From NCBI GenBank assembly GCA_041183645.1, contig JBEGLG010000213.1, positions 1-33,378 on the forward strand: a DNA stretch of 33,378 nt, given 5' to 3'. Below the pieces are notes generated by a model. The model saw only the letters and a program-made list of their open reading frames with translations. It was not told the origin of the DNA and ran no database searches. A program made the position numbers and the translations under genes. Source of the DNA: Actinomycetota bacterium (GTDB taxonomy: Bacteria; Actinomycetota; Actinomycetes; S36-B12). This document shows positions 17,582 through 26,444 of the stretch, in pieces. How positions within the stretch are numbered: the first letter of the stretch is position 1; every line of letters begins with the position of its first letter.

Positions 17582-18375
17582 ACCTGGATCGCATCGCGGC
17601 GCTCCTGGCCAAGGCCGAGCGCACCGACAACGAGGCCGAGGCCGAGGCTTACCTGATGAAGGCGCAGGCCCTGGCGACCGCGGCGAGCGTCGATCTCGCA
17701 TTCGCGCGTGCACGCACCCTGCGCAAGGAGGCGCGGCAGAGTCCCGAGTCGCGCACGCGAACGATCGGAGAGAAGGGCAAGCGGGCGAACGTGCACCTTG
17801 TCTCGCTCTTCGTCACGATCGCGCACGTCAACGATGCCCATGTCGACGTAGCCTCCAACAGCACCTTCGTCATCGTGTATGGCATGCCCGGCGACCTGGA
17901 TGCGATCGAGGCTCTCTACGCATCTGTCGCGGTGCAGATGACCTCGAGTGCGCAGGCGTGGCTCACGACCGGCACCTGGAAGGGCGAGACCTACGTGTCG
18001 TCGACCCGCACCATGGGCGGGCTGCGCCGTCTGCGCAAGCCGCACACCGCTCAGACCGCCCGGGCGGCGTTCTATCGCGCCTATGTCACCCGCATCGGCG
18101 AGCGGATGGAGCAGGCCAAGGCCGATGTCGTGGCCGACGTCGCGAATACCGTGGTCGAAGGCGCAGGAACGGGTGCGCTCGTGCTGCGCGAGAAGTCAGC
18201 CGAGGTGAAGGCCTTTCACCGGCGGGAGTCCTCGGCCAGCGGAACCTGGGGTGGCTACTCGGGCGGGGTGCGCTCCGACAAGGGCGCCGCCTCGCAGGCA
18301 GGTCGTGCTGCCGCGTCGCGTGCGCGCCTGGCCTCGCAGCGCGAACTCGGCGGCAAGGGTGAGATCGGCTCGTGA
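17578..18375 (+). CDS. DUF2786-domain protein
   Basis: GTG start overlaps the upstream stop (GTGA at 17578-17581). The N-terminus IAALLAKAERTDNEAEAEAYLMKAQAL matches the DUF2786 helical-hairpin signature as I remember it. The C-terminal tail is Gly/Ser/Ala/Arg rich. Confidence 0.65.
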   Translation: MNLDRIAALLAKAERTDNEAEAEAYLMKAQALATAASVDLAFARARTLRKEARQSPESRTRTIGEKGKRANVHLVSLFVTIAHVNDAHVDVASNSTFVIVYGMPGDLDAIEALYASVAVQMTSSAQAWLTTGTWKGETYVSSTRTMGGLRRLRKPHTAQTARAAFYRAYVTRIGERMEQAKADVVADVANTVVEGAGTGALVLREKSAEVKAFHRRESSASGTWGGYSGGVRSDKGAASQAGRAAASRARLASQRELGGKGEIGS

Positions 18376-18420
18376 GATCCGACTTCTGCCGGGCGTACTC
18401 ACGCATGCTTGGATGACGTC

Positions 18421-19416
18421 ATGACTCGAGACCTTGCAGTTCACGCCGAGGGGCTGGTGCGCACCTTCGGCGACGTTCGAGCCCTCGACGGCATCGATCT
18501 CACCGTCGAGCGCGGGCAGGTTGTCGGCCTGCTCGGTCCCAATGGCGCCGGCAAGACCACCACGGTGCGCATCCTGTCGACCTTGCTGGCCCCCACGGCA
18601 GGCCGCGCCACGGTCGCGGGCTTCGACGTGGTGAAGCAGGCCGACGAAGTGCGCCGCTCGATCGGGCTCACCGGCCAGTACGCGGCCATCGACGAGTACC
18701 TCACCGGTCGCGAGAACCTGCGCATGTTCGGCGGGCTGTATCACCTGACCCCGAAGTACGTGAAGGAGCGCTCGGAGGAGCTTCTCGACTGGTTCGATCT
18801 CTCCGATGCCGCCGATCGACCCGCGAAGACCTACTCGGGAGGCATGCGCCGCCGGCTCGATCTCGCCGCGAGCCTTGTCGCGCAGCCGTCGATCCTGTTC
18901 CTCGATGAGCCCACGACCGGGCTTGATCCGCGTTCGCGTCTCGGGCTCTGGGATGTCATCAACAATCTCGTCGCGCAGGGCACGACCGTTCTCCTGACCA
19001 CCCAGTACCTGGAAGAGGCAGACCAGCTCGCGCAGGACATCGTCGTGATCGACCACGGTCGAGTGATCGCGCACGGAACTTCGGAGCAGCTGAAGGATCA
19101 AATCGGTGGCGACCGCATCGAGATCACCGTCACTGATCCGACTCGCGTCGACGATGCGGTGCGTGCGGTTCGCTCGGTGAGCACGGGCGAGCCCTTGGTC
19201 GAGGAATTCCGGGTATCGGCCCCCGTGTCCGGCGGATCGACAGTGCTCGTGAATGCCATTCGTGCGCTCGATGCCGAGGGCATCGAGGTGTCCGATCTCG
19301 TATTGCGTCGTCCGACACTCGACGACGTATTCATGTCGCTCACCGGCCACGCCGCCGAGGACGAGACCACCGCAGTAACGCCCGCCAAGGGCCGTCGAGG
19401 CCGAGGGAGCAAGTAA
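18421..19416 (+). CDS. ABC transporter ATP-binding protein (DrrA-like, ABC-2 subfamily)
   Basis: Walker A GPNGAGKTT, signature YSGGMRRRL, Walker B ILFLDEPTTGLD, and an H-loop region TTQYLEEAD. The ATG at 18421 is preferred over the TTG at 18409. Confidence 0.9.
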   Translation: MTRDLAVHAEGLVRTFGDVRALDGIDLTVERGQVVGLLGPNGAGKTTTVRILSTLLAPTAGRATVAGFDVVKQADEVRRSIGLTGQYAAIDEYLTGRENLRMFGGLYHLTPKYVKERSEELLDWFDLSDAADRPAKTYSGGMRRRLDLAASLVAQPSILFLDEPTTGLDPRSRLGLWDVINNLVAQGTTVLLTTQYLEEADQLAQDIVVIDHGRVIAHGTSEQLKDQIGGDRIEITVTDPTRVDDAVRAVRSVSTGEPLVEEFRVSAPVSGGSTVLVNAIRALDAEGIEVSDLVLRRPTLDDVFMSLTGHAAEDETTAVTPAKGRRGRGSK

Positions 19417-20264
19417 TGGCAACGCTGACTATGGGCACGCCGCAGATGATGCGTCGACCGCTGCTCGGCTGGACTATCCACGATGGTCTTGTCGTCGCGC
19501 GCCGCAATCTCATTCAGACAGTGCGCATCCCCGAGATGCTCTTCTTCTCCCTGGTGCAGCCGGTCATCTTCGTCCTGCTGTTCGCCTACGTCTTCGGCGG
19601 TGCCATCCCGATCCCCGGTGATGCCGGTGCCGATGCGTATCGCAATTACCTCATGCCCGGCATCTTCGGCCAGACCGTGGCCTTCGCCGCCGCCTCCAGT
19701 ACGGTCGGCCTAGCCGAGGACATGCACAAGGGAATCATCGATCGCTTCCGCGCACTGCCGATGTCACCTCCGGCGGTGCTCGTCGGACGAACCCTCGCCG
19801 ACGCAGTGCGACAGATCCTGGTGCTATTCGTGCTGAGCATCACCGGCTTCATCGTCGGCTGGCGCATCAGCAACGGGCTGCTCCCGGCAATCGGTGCCTA
19901 CGCACTCCTGCTGCTGTTCGCGTACACGGTCGCCTGGATCGGCTCCTGGGTCGGCCTGCACATGCCCAACCCCGAGACGGCCAACACCGCAGGTCTCGCG
20001 TGGCTGTTCCCGCTGACCTTCCTGTCGAACGCCTTTGTCCCGATCTCGTCGATGCCCACCTGGCTGCAGACCTTCGCGGCCTACAACCCGGTCTCGACGG
20101 TCGTGCTCGCCTCGCGGGAGCTCTTCGGGAATCCCACGGGCATCCAGCCGGACTACTGGCCGTTGCAGCATGCCTCGCTCTACACGCTGATCTCGTGCGC
20201 AGTGCTCATCGCGGTCTTCGCGACGCTCGCAGTGCGCAAGTACGCGCGCACCACGAGCCGCTAG
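19416..20264 (+). CDS. ABC-2 type transporter permease (DrrB-like)
   Basis: The ATG overlaps the ATPase stop (TAATG). It has six predicted TM helices and the typical length (282 aa) of ABC-2 permeases. Confidence 0.85.
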   Translation: MATLTMGTPQMMRRPLLGWTIHDGLVVARRNLIQTVRIPEMLFFSLVQPVIFVLLFAYVFGGAIPIPGDAGADAYRNYLMPGIFGQTVAFAAASSTVGLAEDMHKGIIDRFRALPMSPPAVLVGRTLADAVRQILVLFVLSITGFIVGWRISNGLLPAIGAYALLLLFAYTVAWIGSWVGLHMPNPETANTAGLAWLFPLTFLSNAFVPISSMPTWLQTFAAYNPVSTVVLASRELFGNPTGIQPDYWPLQHASLYTLISCAVLIAVFATLAVRKYARTTSR

Positions 20265-20268
20265 TCAG

Positions 20269-20286
20269 CACGCACGTGAGTGCGTG
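20269..20286. terminator. Short hairpin between convergent ABC permease and greA
   Basis: CACGCAC-GTGA-GTGCGTG (7-bp stem, 4-nt loop) sits in the 32-bp convergent gap. There is no U-tract. Confidence 0.45.
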
Positions 20287-20296
20287 ACAGAGGTGG

Positions 20297-20794
20297 TCAG
20301 TGGGCGTACGCCTCGACCTTGAGAACCTCGACCTCCATGGTCTTGCCGTTGGCAAGCTCGTAGGAACTCGATTCGCCCACCCGCTTGCCGAGCACGGCCT
20401 GGCCGAGCGGAGAGGTGGGGGAGTAGACGTCGATCGAGGCGGTTGCAGCTTCCTCGCGTGAGGCGAGCAGGAAGGTCATCTCCTCGTCGAGCGCGACGAT
20501 GCGCACGGTCACGACCTTGCCCTGGGCCACCTCGTCGTCGGCAGCATCCGGCACTCCGACCCGGGAGTTCTCGAGGAGGTGCTTCAGCACGCGAATGCGC
20601 GCCTCGTTCTTTCCCTGCTCCTCGCGTGCGGCGTGGTAGCCGCCGTTCTCCTTGAGGTCGCCCTCGTCACGGGCGAGCGAGATACGGGTGGTGATCTCCA
20701 GTCGCAGCGGCCCCTCGCGGTCGGCAAGCTCGGCCTGCAGCCCGTCGAAGGCCTCCTGGGTCAGCCAGGTCACGTCAGTACTCATGGTCGGCAA
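20297..20794 (-). CDS. greA: Transcription elongation factor GreA
   Basis: The N-terminal coiled coil carries EGDLKENGGYHAAREEQ. A C-terminal globular domain follows. 165 aa. Confidence 0.95.
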   Translation of the reverse strand: MPTMSTDVTWLTQEAFDGLQAELADREGPLRLEITTRISLARDEGDLKENGGYHAAREEQGKNEARIRVLKHLLENSRVGVPDAADDEVAQGKVVTVRIVALDEEMTFLLASREEAATASIDVYSPTSPLGQAVLGKRVGESSSYELANGKTMEVEVLKVEAYAH

Positions 20795-20818
20795 GCGTAA
20801 TGCAGGGAAGCCCGGGGC

Positions 20819-21283
20819 TCACTTCTGCTGCGGAGGCGAGACGCCAGGGGGGAAATTGGGGAGTGAGACATTCGGCTCGCCGCCGATGGCGCAGCCGAGC
20901 AGCTCCACCGTGAAGGCCGGTGCCAAGGTGGTGAGCTCATAGGGCACGCGGACGTAGTCACCGCTCGGAGGAATCATCACGTGGCTGTAGCCGACGTCGA
21001 TGTGCTTGCCATCCTGGGCACGGATCACGCAGAAAACGGGATCCTTGCTCGGATTGCGCACCTCGAACTCCAGGCTCACGGTGTCGGGGGAGGTGACCTT
21101 CCAGGTCAGCAGCCGTGACTGCACTGACTCCTTGCCCATGTTCACGGTCGCCCAGGCGACGGCAGCGAAGAAGATGACGATCACGATGACCACGATCGCG
21201 AGGGTGGGCCAGTTGCTTCGATCCAGCCCATACCGCGCCCGCATCTCGGGGCTGAGCTGATTCGCGCGGAAGGGGCTGGGCAT
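20819..21283 (-). CDS. DUF4307-domain membrane protein
   Basis: Only the last 154 codons of the 416-aa track ORF look coding: MPSPFRANQLSPEMRARYG, then a TM helix (TLAIVVIVIVIFFAAVAWA) and a beta-rich domain. The position between greA and mca matches my recollection of the mycobacterial Rv1081c slot. Confidence 0.7.
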   Translation of the reverse strand: MPSPFRANQLSPEMRARYGLDRSNWPTLAIVVIVIVIFFAAVAWATVNMGKESVQSRLLTWKVTSPDTVSLEFEVRNPSKDPVFCVIRAQDGKHIDVGYSHVMIPPSGDYVRVPYELTTLAPAFTVELLGCAIGGEPNVSLPNFPPGVSPPQQK

Positions 21284-21352
21284 GAATCCTCGTCTCGGGC
21301 TTCCCCGCGGGGTCGCGTGGCGGCTGTCGGCTGCACTTGGGAGACTAGCGGG

Positions 21353-22216
21353 GTGACCGCTGACCTGCGCCTGATGGCCGTGCATGCGCACCCCGACGAC
21401 GAGTCGAGCAAGGGCGCAGCGACTACGGCCATGTATGTCCAGCAGGGAATCGACGTCATGGTCGTCACATGCACCGGCGGCGAGCGCGGCGATGTCCTCA
21501 ACCCCCGAGCCCAGGCGGCTGTCGACGAGCTCGGCCTGGAGGAAGTCCGTCGACGCGAGATGGCCGAGGCTGCCTCGATTCTCGGTGTCACTCACGCCTG
21601 GCTCGGCTTCCCGGATTCCGGCTACCCCGAGGGCGATCCACTGCCTCCGCTTCCCGCAGGGTGCTTCGCCGATCTGCCGCTGGCCGAGGTGACCCCGTCG
21701 CTCGTGCGCCACATTCGCGAATTCCGTCCGCAGGTCATCACGACCTACGACGAGAACGGCGGTTACCCGCATCCCGATCACGTGCGCACTCACGAGATCA
21801 CCATCGCCGCCGTCGATGCCGCGGCAGATATGTCGTATCGGCCCGAGCTCGGTGCGCCGTGGCAGGTCCAGAAGATCTACTACAACCAGCAGTTCACCAA
21901 GGCGCGCGTCACCGCGTTGCACCTGGCCATGATCGACGAGGATCTCGAGTCTCCGTATCACGACTGGCTGAAGAACTGGGATGAACGACCCGATGCCGCG
22001 TCGCGCATCACCACGCGCATTGATGCGTCGGACTGGTTCGAGATCCGCGATCGCGCACTCATGGCACATGCCACGCAGATCGACCCCGATGGCCAGTGGT
22101 TTGCGGTGCCAATGGCCCTCCAGAAGTCGGTCTGGCCGACCGAGGATTTCGAGCTGGCCCGCTCGCTGGTGGAGACTGGCATTCCCGAGACCGACTTGTT
22201 CGCAGGACTGAGGTAA
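21353..22216 (+). CDS. mca: Mycothiol S-conjugate amidase Mca (LmbE/PIG-L family)
   Basis: LRLMAVHAHPDDESSKGAAT..VVTCTGGERGDVLNP and YPHPDHVRTHE are zinc-binding AHPDDE / HxDH motifs. The GGERG segment and the adjacency to greA favour Mca over MshB. The GTG start at 21353 is tentative. Confidence 0.8.
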   Translation: MTADLRLMAVHAHPDDESSKGAATTAMYVQQGIDVMVVTCTGGERGDVLNPRAQAAVDELGLEEVRRREMAEAASILGVTHAWLGFPDSGYPEGDPLPPLPAGCFADLPLAEVTPSLVRHIREFRPQVITTYDENGGYPHPDHVRTHEITIAAVDAAADMSYRPELGAPWQVQKIYYNQQFTKARVTALHLAMIDEDLESPYHDWLKNWDERPDAASRITTRIDASDWFEIRDRALMAHATQIDPDGQWFAVPMALQKSVWPTEDFELARSLVETGIPETDLFAGLR

Positions 22217-22218
22217 CG

Positions 22219-22491
22219 ATGATCTACGCAGATGCCACCGATGACCTCAACTCCGTCATCGACGGTGCCGGTCCGCTTGCCGGTCTCTTCTTCGTCCTCC
22301 TCGGTATCGCGGTGTTCATCATCTGGAAGTCGATGAACAAGCAGATGAAGAAGATCGACTCCAACCTGCCGCCGGGCCGTGCTGACCTGCGTCGCCAGGC
22401 CGATGCGAAGTACACGGAGGAAGCCGAGGTGCGCGGCGAGGAAGAGGCCGCTGCCACCACGACGGAGGATCCGACTCCTGCCGATGGGTAG
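22219..22491 (+). CDS. Small membrane protein (90 aa)
   Basis: The ATG at 22219 is preceded by GAGG with about 5-nt spacing. It has one TM helix (LAGLFFVLLGIAVFIIW) and then a charged tail. Function unknown. Confidence 0.55.
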   Translation: MIYADATDDLNSVIDGAGPLAGLFFVLLGIAVFIIWKSMNKQMKKIDSNLPPGRADLRRQADAKYTEEAEVRGEEEAAATTTEDPTPADG

Positions 22492-23248
22492 TCGCATGCT
22501 GCGCCTGGCCCTCACCCCACGCTGGATCGCGCTGGGCATCCTCGCCATCGCGCTGATCGCCGGCTGCGTCCTTCTCGGACGCTGGCAATGGGAGCGCACC
22601 CAGGACATCCTGGCCGCGGAACGAGCAGCGCAGGGTGCGCCGATCTCGGTGGGCGCCGTTGCCGCACCGGGGGCCGAGATCGATGGCGCTGACATCGGTC
22701 GGCAGATCACGGCGACGGGCACGTACCTCGCCGAACTCCAGGTCGTGGTGACCAACCGCGTGCTGCGCGACGCGACCGGAATCTGGGTCGTGACACCGCT
22801 GCAGCTCGCCGACGGCACGGTGGTCGCGGTCAACCGCGGATGGCTGCCGGACTCGAGTGCGCCCGGGCTCGTGCCGCCGACCGGGCAGGTGACCGTGCAG
22901 GGCACGTACACGCCGGACGAGACCTTCTACGCCGATGCGCAGTCGGCGCCGGGTACCACGGCCGCGATCTCGGGCACGGCGCTGGGCAAGCGCTGGAACC
23001 TGGCGACCCGCACCGGCTACCTGAACCTGGTGACCCAGAGCCCGGCATCGGCGCCGGCACCCGTTCCGGTGCCCGCCACGGTGCAGACCTCTGACGTGGC
23101 CTTCCCGTGGCAGAACTTCGGATATGCCTTCCAGTGGTGGATCTTCGCCCTCTTCGTGGTGTTTGCCTACGTGCGGTGGCTCCGACTGGAAGCCCGACCC
23201 ACGGTGAGCCCCGAAGAGCCCGATTCCACTACGGTTTCCCCATCATGA
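22484..23248 (+). CDS. SURF1-family cytochrome oxidase assembly protein
   Basis: N-terminal TM with GRWQWERT, then VNRGWLP, then a C-terminal TM region YAFQWWIFALFV. These are SURF1/Shy1 hallmarks. The start is ambiguous between the ATGs at 22484 and 22496. Confidence 0.75.
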   Translation: MGSRMLRLALTPRWIALGILAIALIAGCVLLGRWQWERTQDILAAERAAQGAPISVGAVAAPGAEIDGADIGRQITATGTYLAELQVVVTNRVLRDATGIWVVTPLQLADGTVVAVNRGWLPDSSAPGLVPPTGQVTVQGTYTPDETFYADAQSAPGTTAAISGTALGKRWNLATRTGYLNLVTQSPASAPAPVPVPATVQTSDVAFPWQNFGYAFQWWIFALFVVFAYVRWLRLEARPTVSPEEPDSTTVSPS

Positions 23249-24159
23249 TTACTGTCATTGGCGAGGCCCTGGTCGACATCATCGTCGACCCCACGGGCAA
23301 TGTGACCTCCGTTGTCGGCGGTGCACCGCTGAACACTGCTCGCACGTGCGCGCGGCTCGGCATCGACACCACTTTCCTGGGCGGCGTCTCCGTCGATGCC
23401 TTCGGCGGGCGCATCATGCGCCTTCTCTCCGACGACGGTGTGACCTACGCGCTCGGCGCCCAGGTGCACGAGCCCACCACCTTGGCCATCGCCCAGATCG
23501 ATGAGCATGGAGCGGCGACCTACCGCTTCATGATGGAAGGAACCTCGGCAGCGGCGGTTACCCCTGACCAAGCGCTCTCCGCCGTGACCGCCGACTGTCG
23601 CGTCGTGCATGCCGGCACCTTGGGCCTTGTCCTGCAGCCGCTTGCCGACGCCACCCGTGCAGTCGTCGCCGCATCGCCCGAAGACCGCATCGTCATGATC
23701 GACCCCAACTGCCGGCCGAGTGTCATGACTACCTCCGATGTCTTTCGCTCCACGCTCGACTCCGTGCTCGGTCGCGCCGACATCGTGAAGGTGAGCGGCG
23801 ATGACCTCGAGTTCATGTTCCCGGGCGTCGAACTCGTCGAGGCGGCTCGACGCTTGCGTGACGAGAGCGGTGCGGTGGTGCTCTTCACCGACGGGGCGAA
23901 GGCGGTGCGCGTTCTCAACGGCGCAGACGAAGTCGTACTCGACGTTCCCCGAGTTCCCGTGGTCGACACCGTGGGTGCCGGCGACTCCTTCAGCGGCGGG
24001 TTCCTCGCCGAGTGGATGCATCGCGGGCTCACTCGTGGCGACATTCGCGACACCGACAAGATCGTCAGCGCGGCCCGCTATGGCATAGCCGTTGCCGGCA
24101 TCACCTGCCAGCGACCGGGGGCGGATCCGCCGCGCACCGGCGAAGTTCCGGGCTACTAG
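23245..24159 (+). CDS. PfkB-family carbohydrate kinase (fructokinase-like)
   Basis: Start reset to the ATG at 23245 (ATGA overlap with the SURF1 stop), giving MITVIGEALVDII. The PfkB signature DTVGAGDSFSGGF lies near the C-terminus. Confidence 0.85.
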   Translation: MITVIGEALVDIIVDPTGNVTSVVGGAPLNTARTCARLGIDTTFLGGVSVDAFGGRIMRLLSDDGVTYALGAQVHEPTTLAIAQIDEHGAATYRFMMEGTSAAAVTPDQALSAVTADCRVVHAGTLGLVLQPLADATRAVVAASPEDRIVMIDPNCRPSVMTTSDVFRSTLDSVLGRADIVKVSGDDLEFMFPGVELVEAARRLRDESGAVVLFTDGAKAVRVLNGADEVVLDVPRVPVVDTVGAGDSFSGGFLAEWMHRGLTRGDIRDTDKIVSAARYGIAVAGITCQRPGADPPRTGEVPGY

Positions 24160-24169
24160 GCTCGCGATC

Positions 24170-24514
24170 ATGCAGAAGCTTCGCGGAGCAGCCCTTCGCT
24201 TCCGGATCATGGCCTGGGTGACCGGCGTCGTGCTCGCCACTGCATTCGTGTGGCTGGTGCTCGGCCGACTCTTCTGGGATTACGGCAATCCCGAGGCTCG
24301 CCCTGCTCTCTATGGCTACCTCTGGATCGCGCACGGCTGGCTCTACTTCATCTACCTGATCGTGGGTGTCGATCTCGCCTTCCGCATGCGCTACGGAGTT
24401 CTCAAGACACTGGGCATCCTGCTCGCCGGCACGATCCCGTTCATGTCGTTCGTCGCCGATCGCGTCTCGCACCGCGACGTCATGGCGCGTATCGAGGCCT
24501 CGGAGCTGCTCTAG
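24170..24514 (+). CDS. DUF3817-domain integral membrane protein
   Basis: Start reset to the ATG at 24170 (MQKLRGAALRFRIMAWVTG..). It has three or four TM helices with HGWLYFIYL and GTIPFMSFV segments. Confidence 0.6.
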   Translation: MQKLRGAALRFRIMAWVTGVVLATAFVWLVLGRLFWDYGNPEARPALYGYLWIAHGWLYFIYLIVGVDLAFRMRYGVLKTLGILLAGTIPFMSFVADRVSHRDVMARIEASELL

Positions 24515-24521
24515 CTCGCTC

Positions 24522-25199
24522 TCACGCAAGCGACCAGTCGACCGGCTCGCCACCTAGCTCTTCCAGGTATTCATTCGCGCGGCTGAACGGCCGTGATCCA
24601 AAGAAGCCGCGGTCAGCAGACATAGGGCTGGGGTGCGCGCTGACGATCAGCGGAACTTCCGGAAGTGCAGGCTCCAAGCTCTGGGCGTCCTTTCCCCACA
24701 AGATCGCGACGAGCGGCTCATCATCGCGCGCGACGAGTCCGGCGATTGCGGCGTCGGTAATGCGCTCCCAGCCGATCCCGCGATGACTGCCGGGCTCGCC
24801 GGATCGCACCGTGAGAACCCTGTTGAGCAGCAGGACGCCCTGATCGGCCCACGGCGATAGATCGCCGTTCGCAGGTCGCGGAATTCCGAGATCGGACTCG
24901 AGTTCCTTGTAGATGTTCTGCAGGCTGCGCGGGATGGGACGGACATCGGGGGCGACGGAGAACGAGAGCCCGACGGCATGACCCGGAGTCGGGTAGGGGT
25001 CCTGACCCACGATCAGGACTCGAACATCGTGCAGGGGGCGACTGAAGGCACGCAGGATGCTGCCTCCCGCCGGGAACCATGCCTGCCCTGCCGCGGATTC
25101 CTGCCGCAGGAACTCACCGATCGCGGTGAGAGTCTCGCGCTCGTGCTCGAGCACTGGCACCCAGGTCGGGTGGACGAGCTCCTCGAGTGACTGTGCCAC
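24522..25199 (-). CDS. ung: Uracil-DNA glycosylase (family 1)
   Basis: Water-activating loop GQDPYP and the leucine-intercalation loop HPSPMSA (HPSPLS type). 225 aa. Confidence 0.95.
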   Translation of the reverse strand: MAQSLEELVHPTWVPVLEHERETLTAIGEFLRQESAAGQAWFPAGGSILRAFSRPLHDVRVLIVGQDPYPTPGHAVGLSFSVAPDVRPIPRSLQNIYKELESDLGIPRPANGDLSPWADQGVLLLNRVLTVRSGEPGSHRGIGWERITDAAIAGLVARDDEPLVAILWGKDAQSLEPALPEVPLIVSAHPSPMSADRGFFGSRPFSRANEYLEELGGEPVDWSLA

Positions 25200-25238
25200 C
25201 GTCGAAGATTACTGCGCGATCGCGAGTAGCCTCGCGGT

Positions 25239-25790
25239 ATGCCGTACCCGCCGACGCATGAGGACAAGTGGCGTCAGCGCGTGCGGCCTGTTGACCCGGC
25301 AAGCAGCCTGCCGCTCAAGCGGCTCGTGCCACTCGTGCTCGTCGAGACAGCAGGGCTCGCCATTCTCTTCGGCCTGTACCAGGTCTTCCACGTGGGCAGC
25401 AGCCTGCTCGCGCCACTCGTGGTGCCGCCGATCGTGACGTTCGTCCTGGTCTTCTCCACCGCGCATGCCAAGGCTTCGCGGCCATTGCGCGTCTTCGTCG
25501 CCTATGCCATTGCGGGTTTCTTCGGACTCGGCCTGGCGGCGCTTCCGGGACCAACGTTCATCAAGGCGGTCATCGCGGCAGCGCTGACCCTGTTCTTCAT
25601 GCATCTGCTCGGCGCCTTCCATGCGCCGGCCGTGGCAGTCTCACTGGCTGCCGTGCTCGGCGAGACGCAGTGGCAGCGCTGTCTGCTCGCCTACCCGATC
25701 CTGATGGGAATTGTGGCTCTCGTACTGTTCATGGCCTGGGCAGCCCATCGCACCCTGGGCGACGACTCGTATCCCGACTCGTGGTGGTGA
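25239..25790 (+). CDS. HPP-family membrane protein
   Basis: Four or five TM helices with an HPP-like pattern (..AFHAPAVAVSLA..). The assignment comes from overall architecture and is moderately confident. Confidence 0.6.
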   Translation: MPYPPTHEDKWRQRVRPVDPASSLPLKRLVPLVLVETAGLAILFGLYQVFHVGSSLLAPLVVPPIVTFVLVFSTAHAKASRPLRVFVAYAIAGFFGLGLAALPGPTFIKAVIAAALTLFFMHLLGAFHAPAVAVSLAAVLGETQWQRCLLAYPILMGIVALVLFMAWAAHRTLGDDSYPDSWW

Positions 25791-25793
25791 GCT

Positions 25794-26399
25794 CTAGCCG
25801 AGGTCGGAGAACAGCAGCCTGATCGCGATGAGCAGCATGACGATGCCGATGGTGATGTCGAGAATGCGCCAGGTGATCGAACGCGACATCCAGCGCGCCG
25901 CGGCGCGGGCGCCGAAACCGAGAGTGCAGAACCACAGGATGCTCGCGCACGTGGCGCCCAGGGCGAACCACCATTGATCCGGTCGATACTGATTGCCAAT
26001 CGAGCCGAGAAGCAGAACGGTGTCGAGATACACATGCGGGTTGAGGAAGGTGAAGCCCAGGGTCATCACCACCACGGTGCGCAGGCTGCGTGAGTCCTGC
26101 TCGCCGGGCAGAAGCACCTCCGGATGCGCAGCGCTCCGGAAGCTCTTGATGGCATACCAGGTCAGGTAGGCGATGCCGATCCACTTGAGCACGACCAGGG
26201 CGACGGGCACACTTCGCACCACCACGCCGAGACCGCTGATTCCTGCGGCGATGAGCACGGCATCGGAGGCGGCGCAGATCGCCACCGCGATACCGACGTG
26301 ATTGCGTGCAAGGCCCAGGCGCAGGACGAACGCATTCTGCGCGCCGATCGCGATGATCAGGCTGAGACCGGCGAGGAGTCCGGGCAGGGCAGCATGCAC
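25794..26399 (-). CDS. LysE/ArgO-family basic amino-acid exporter
   Basis: N-terminus GLSLIIAIGAQNAFVLRLGL is the LysE signature. It has six TM helices and is 201 aa. Confidence 0.85.
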   Translation of the reverse strand: MHAALPGLLAGLSLIIAIGAQNAFVLRLGLARNHVGIAVAICAASDAVLIAAGISGLGVVVRSVPVALVVLKWIGIAYLTWYAIKSFRSAAHPEVLLPGEQDSRSLRTVVVMTLGFTFLNPHVYLDTVLLLGSIGNQYRPDQWWFALGATCASILWFCTLGFGARAAARWMSRSITWRILDITIGIVMLLIAIRLLFSDLG

Positions 26400-26444
26400 C
26401 CGCTGAGGTTAGGGCATTCCGCGCGTACCCCCTAGCCTGAAGTC

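Noticed and set aside
18196-19422. 408-aa minus-strand ORF antisense to the ABC ATPase
   Set aside because: The plus strand carries Walker A, signature and Walker B motifs in the correct order. The antisense ORF has none.
21284-22069. Upstream 262 codons of the 416-aa minus-strand ORF 20819-22069
   Set aside because: This part is antisense to mca, which has AHPDDE motifs. Only the last 154 codons, from MPSPFRANQ, form a sensible TM plus beta-domain DUF4307-like protein.
23167-24240. 357-aa minus-strand ORF antisense to the PfkB kinase
   Set aside because: The plus frame has the PfkB DTVGAGDSF signature and a coupled ATGA start. The antisense product has no features.
25216-25225. Short GC-rich palindromes in divergent or intergenic gaps: CGCGATCGCG at 25216-25225, CCCCGCGGGG at 21303-21312, GTGACG-AC-CGTCAC at 32527-32540
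   Set aside because: Palindromes of 10-14 bp built from CG-rich words are expected by chance at this base composition. None is repeated elsewhere in the window or sits next to a regulator gene. I noted them without calling them features.
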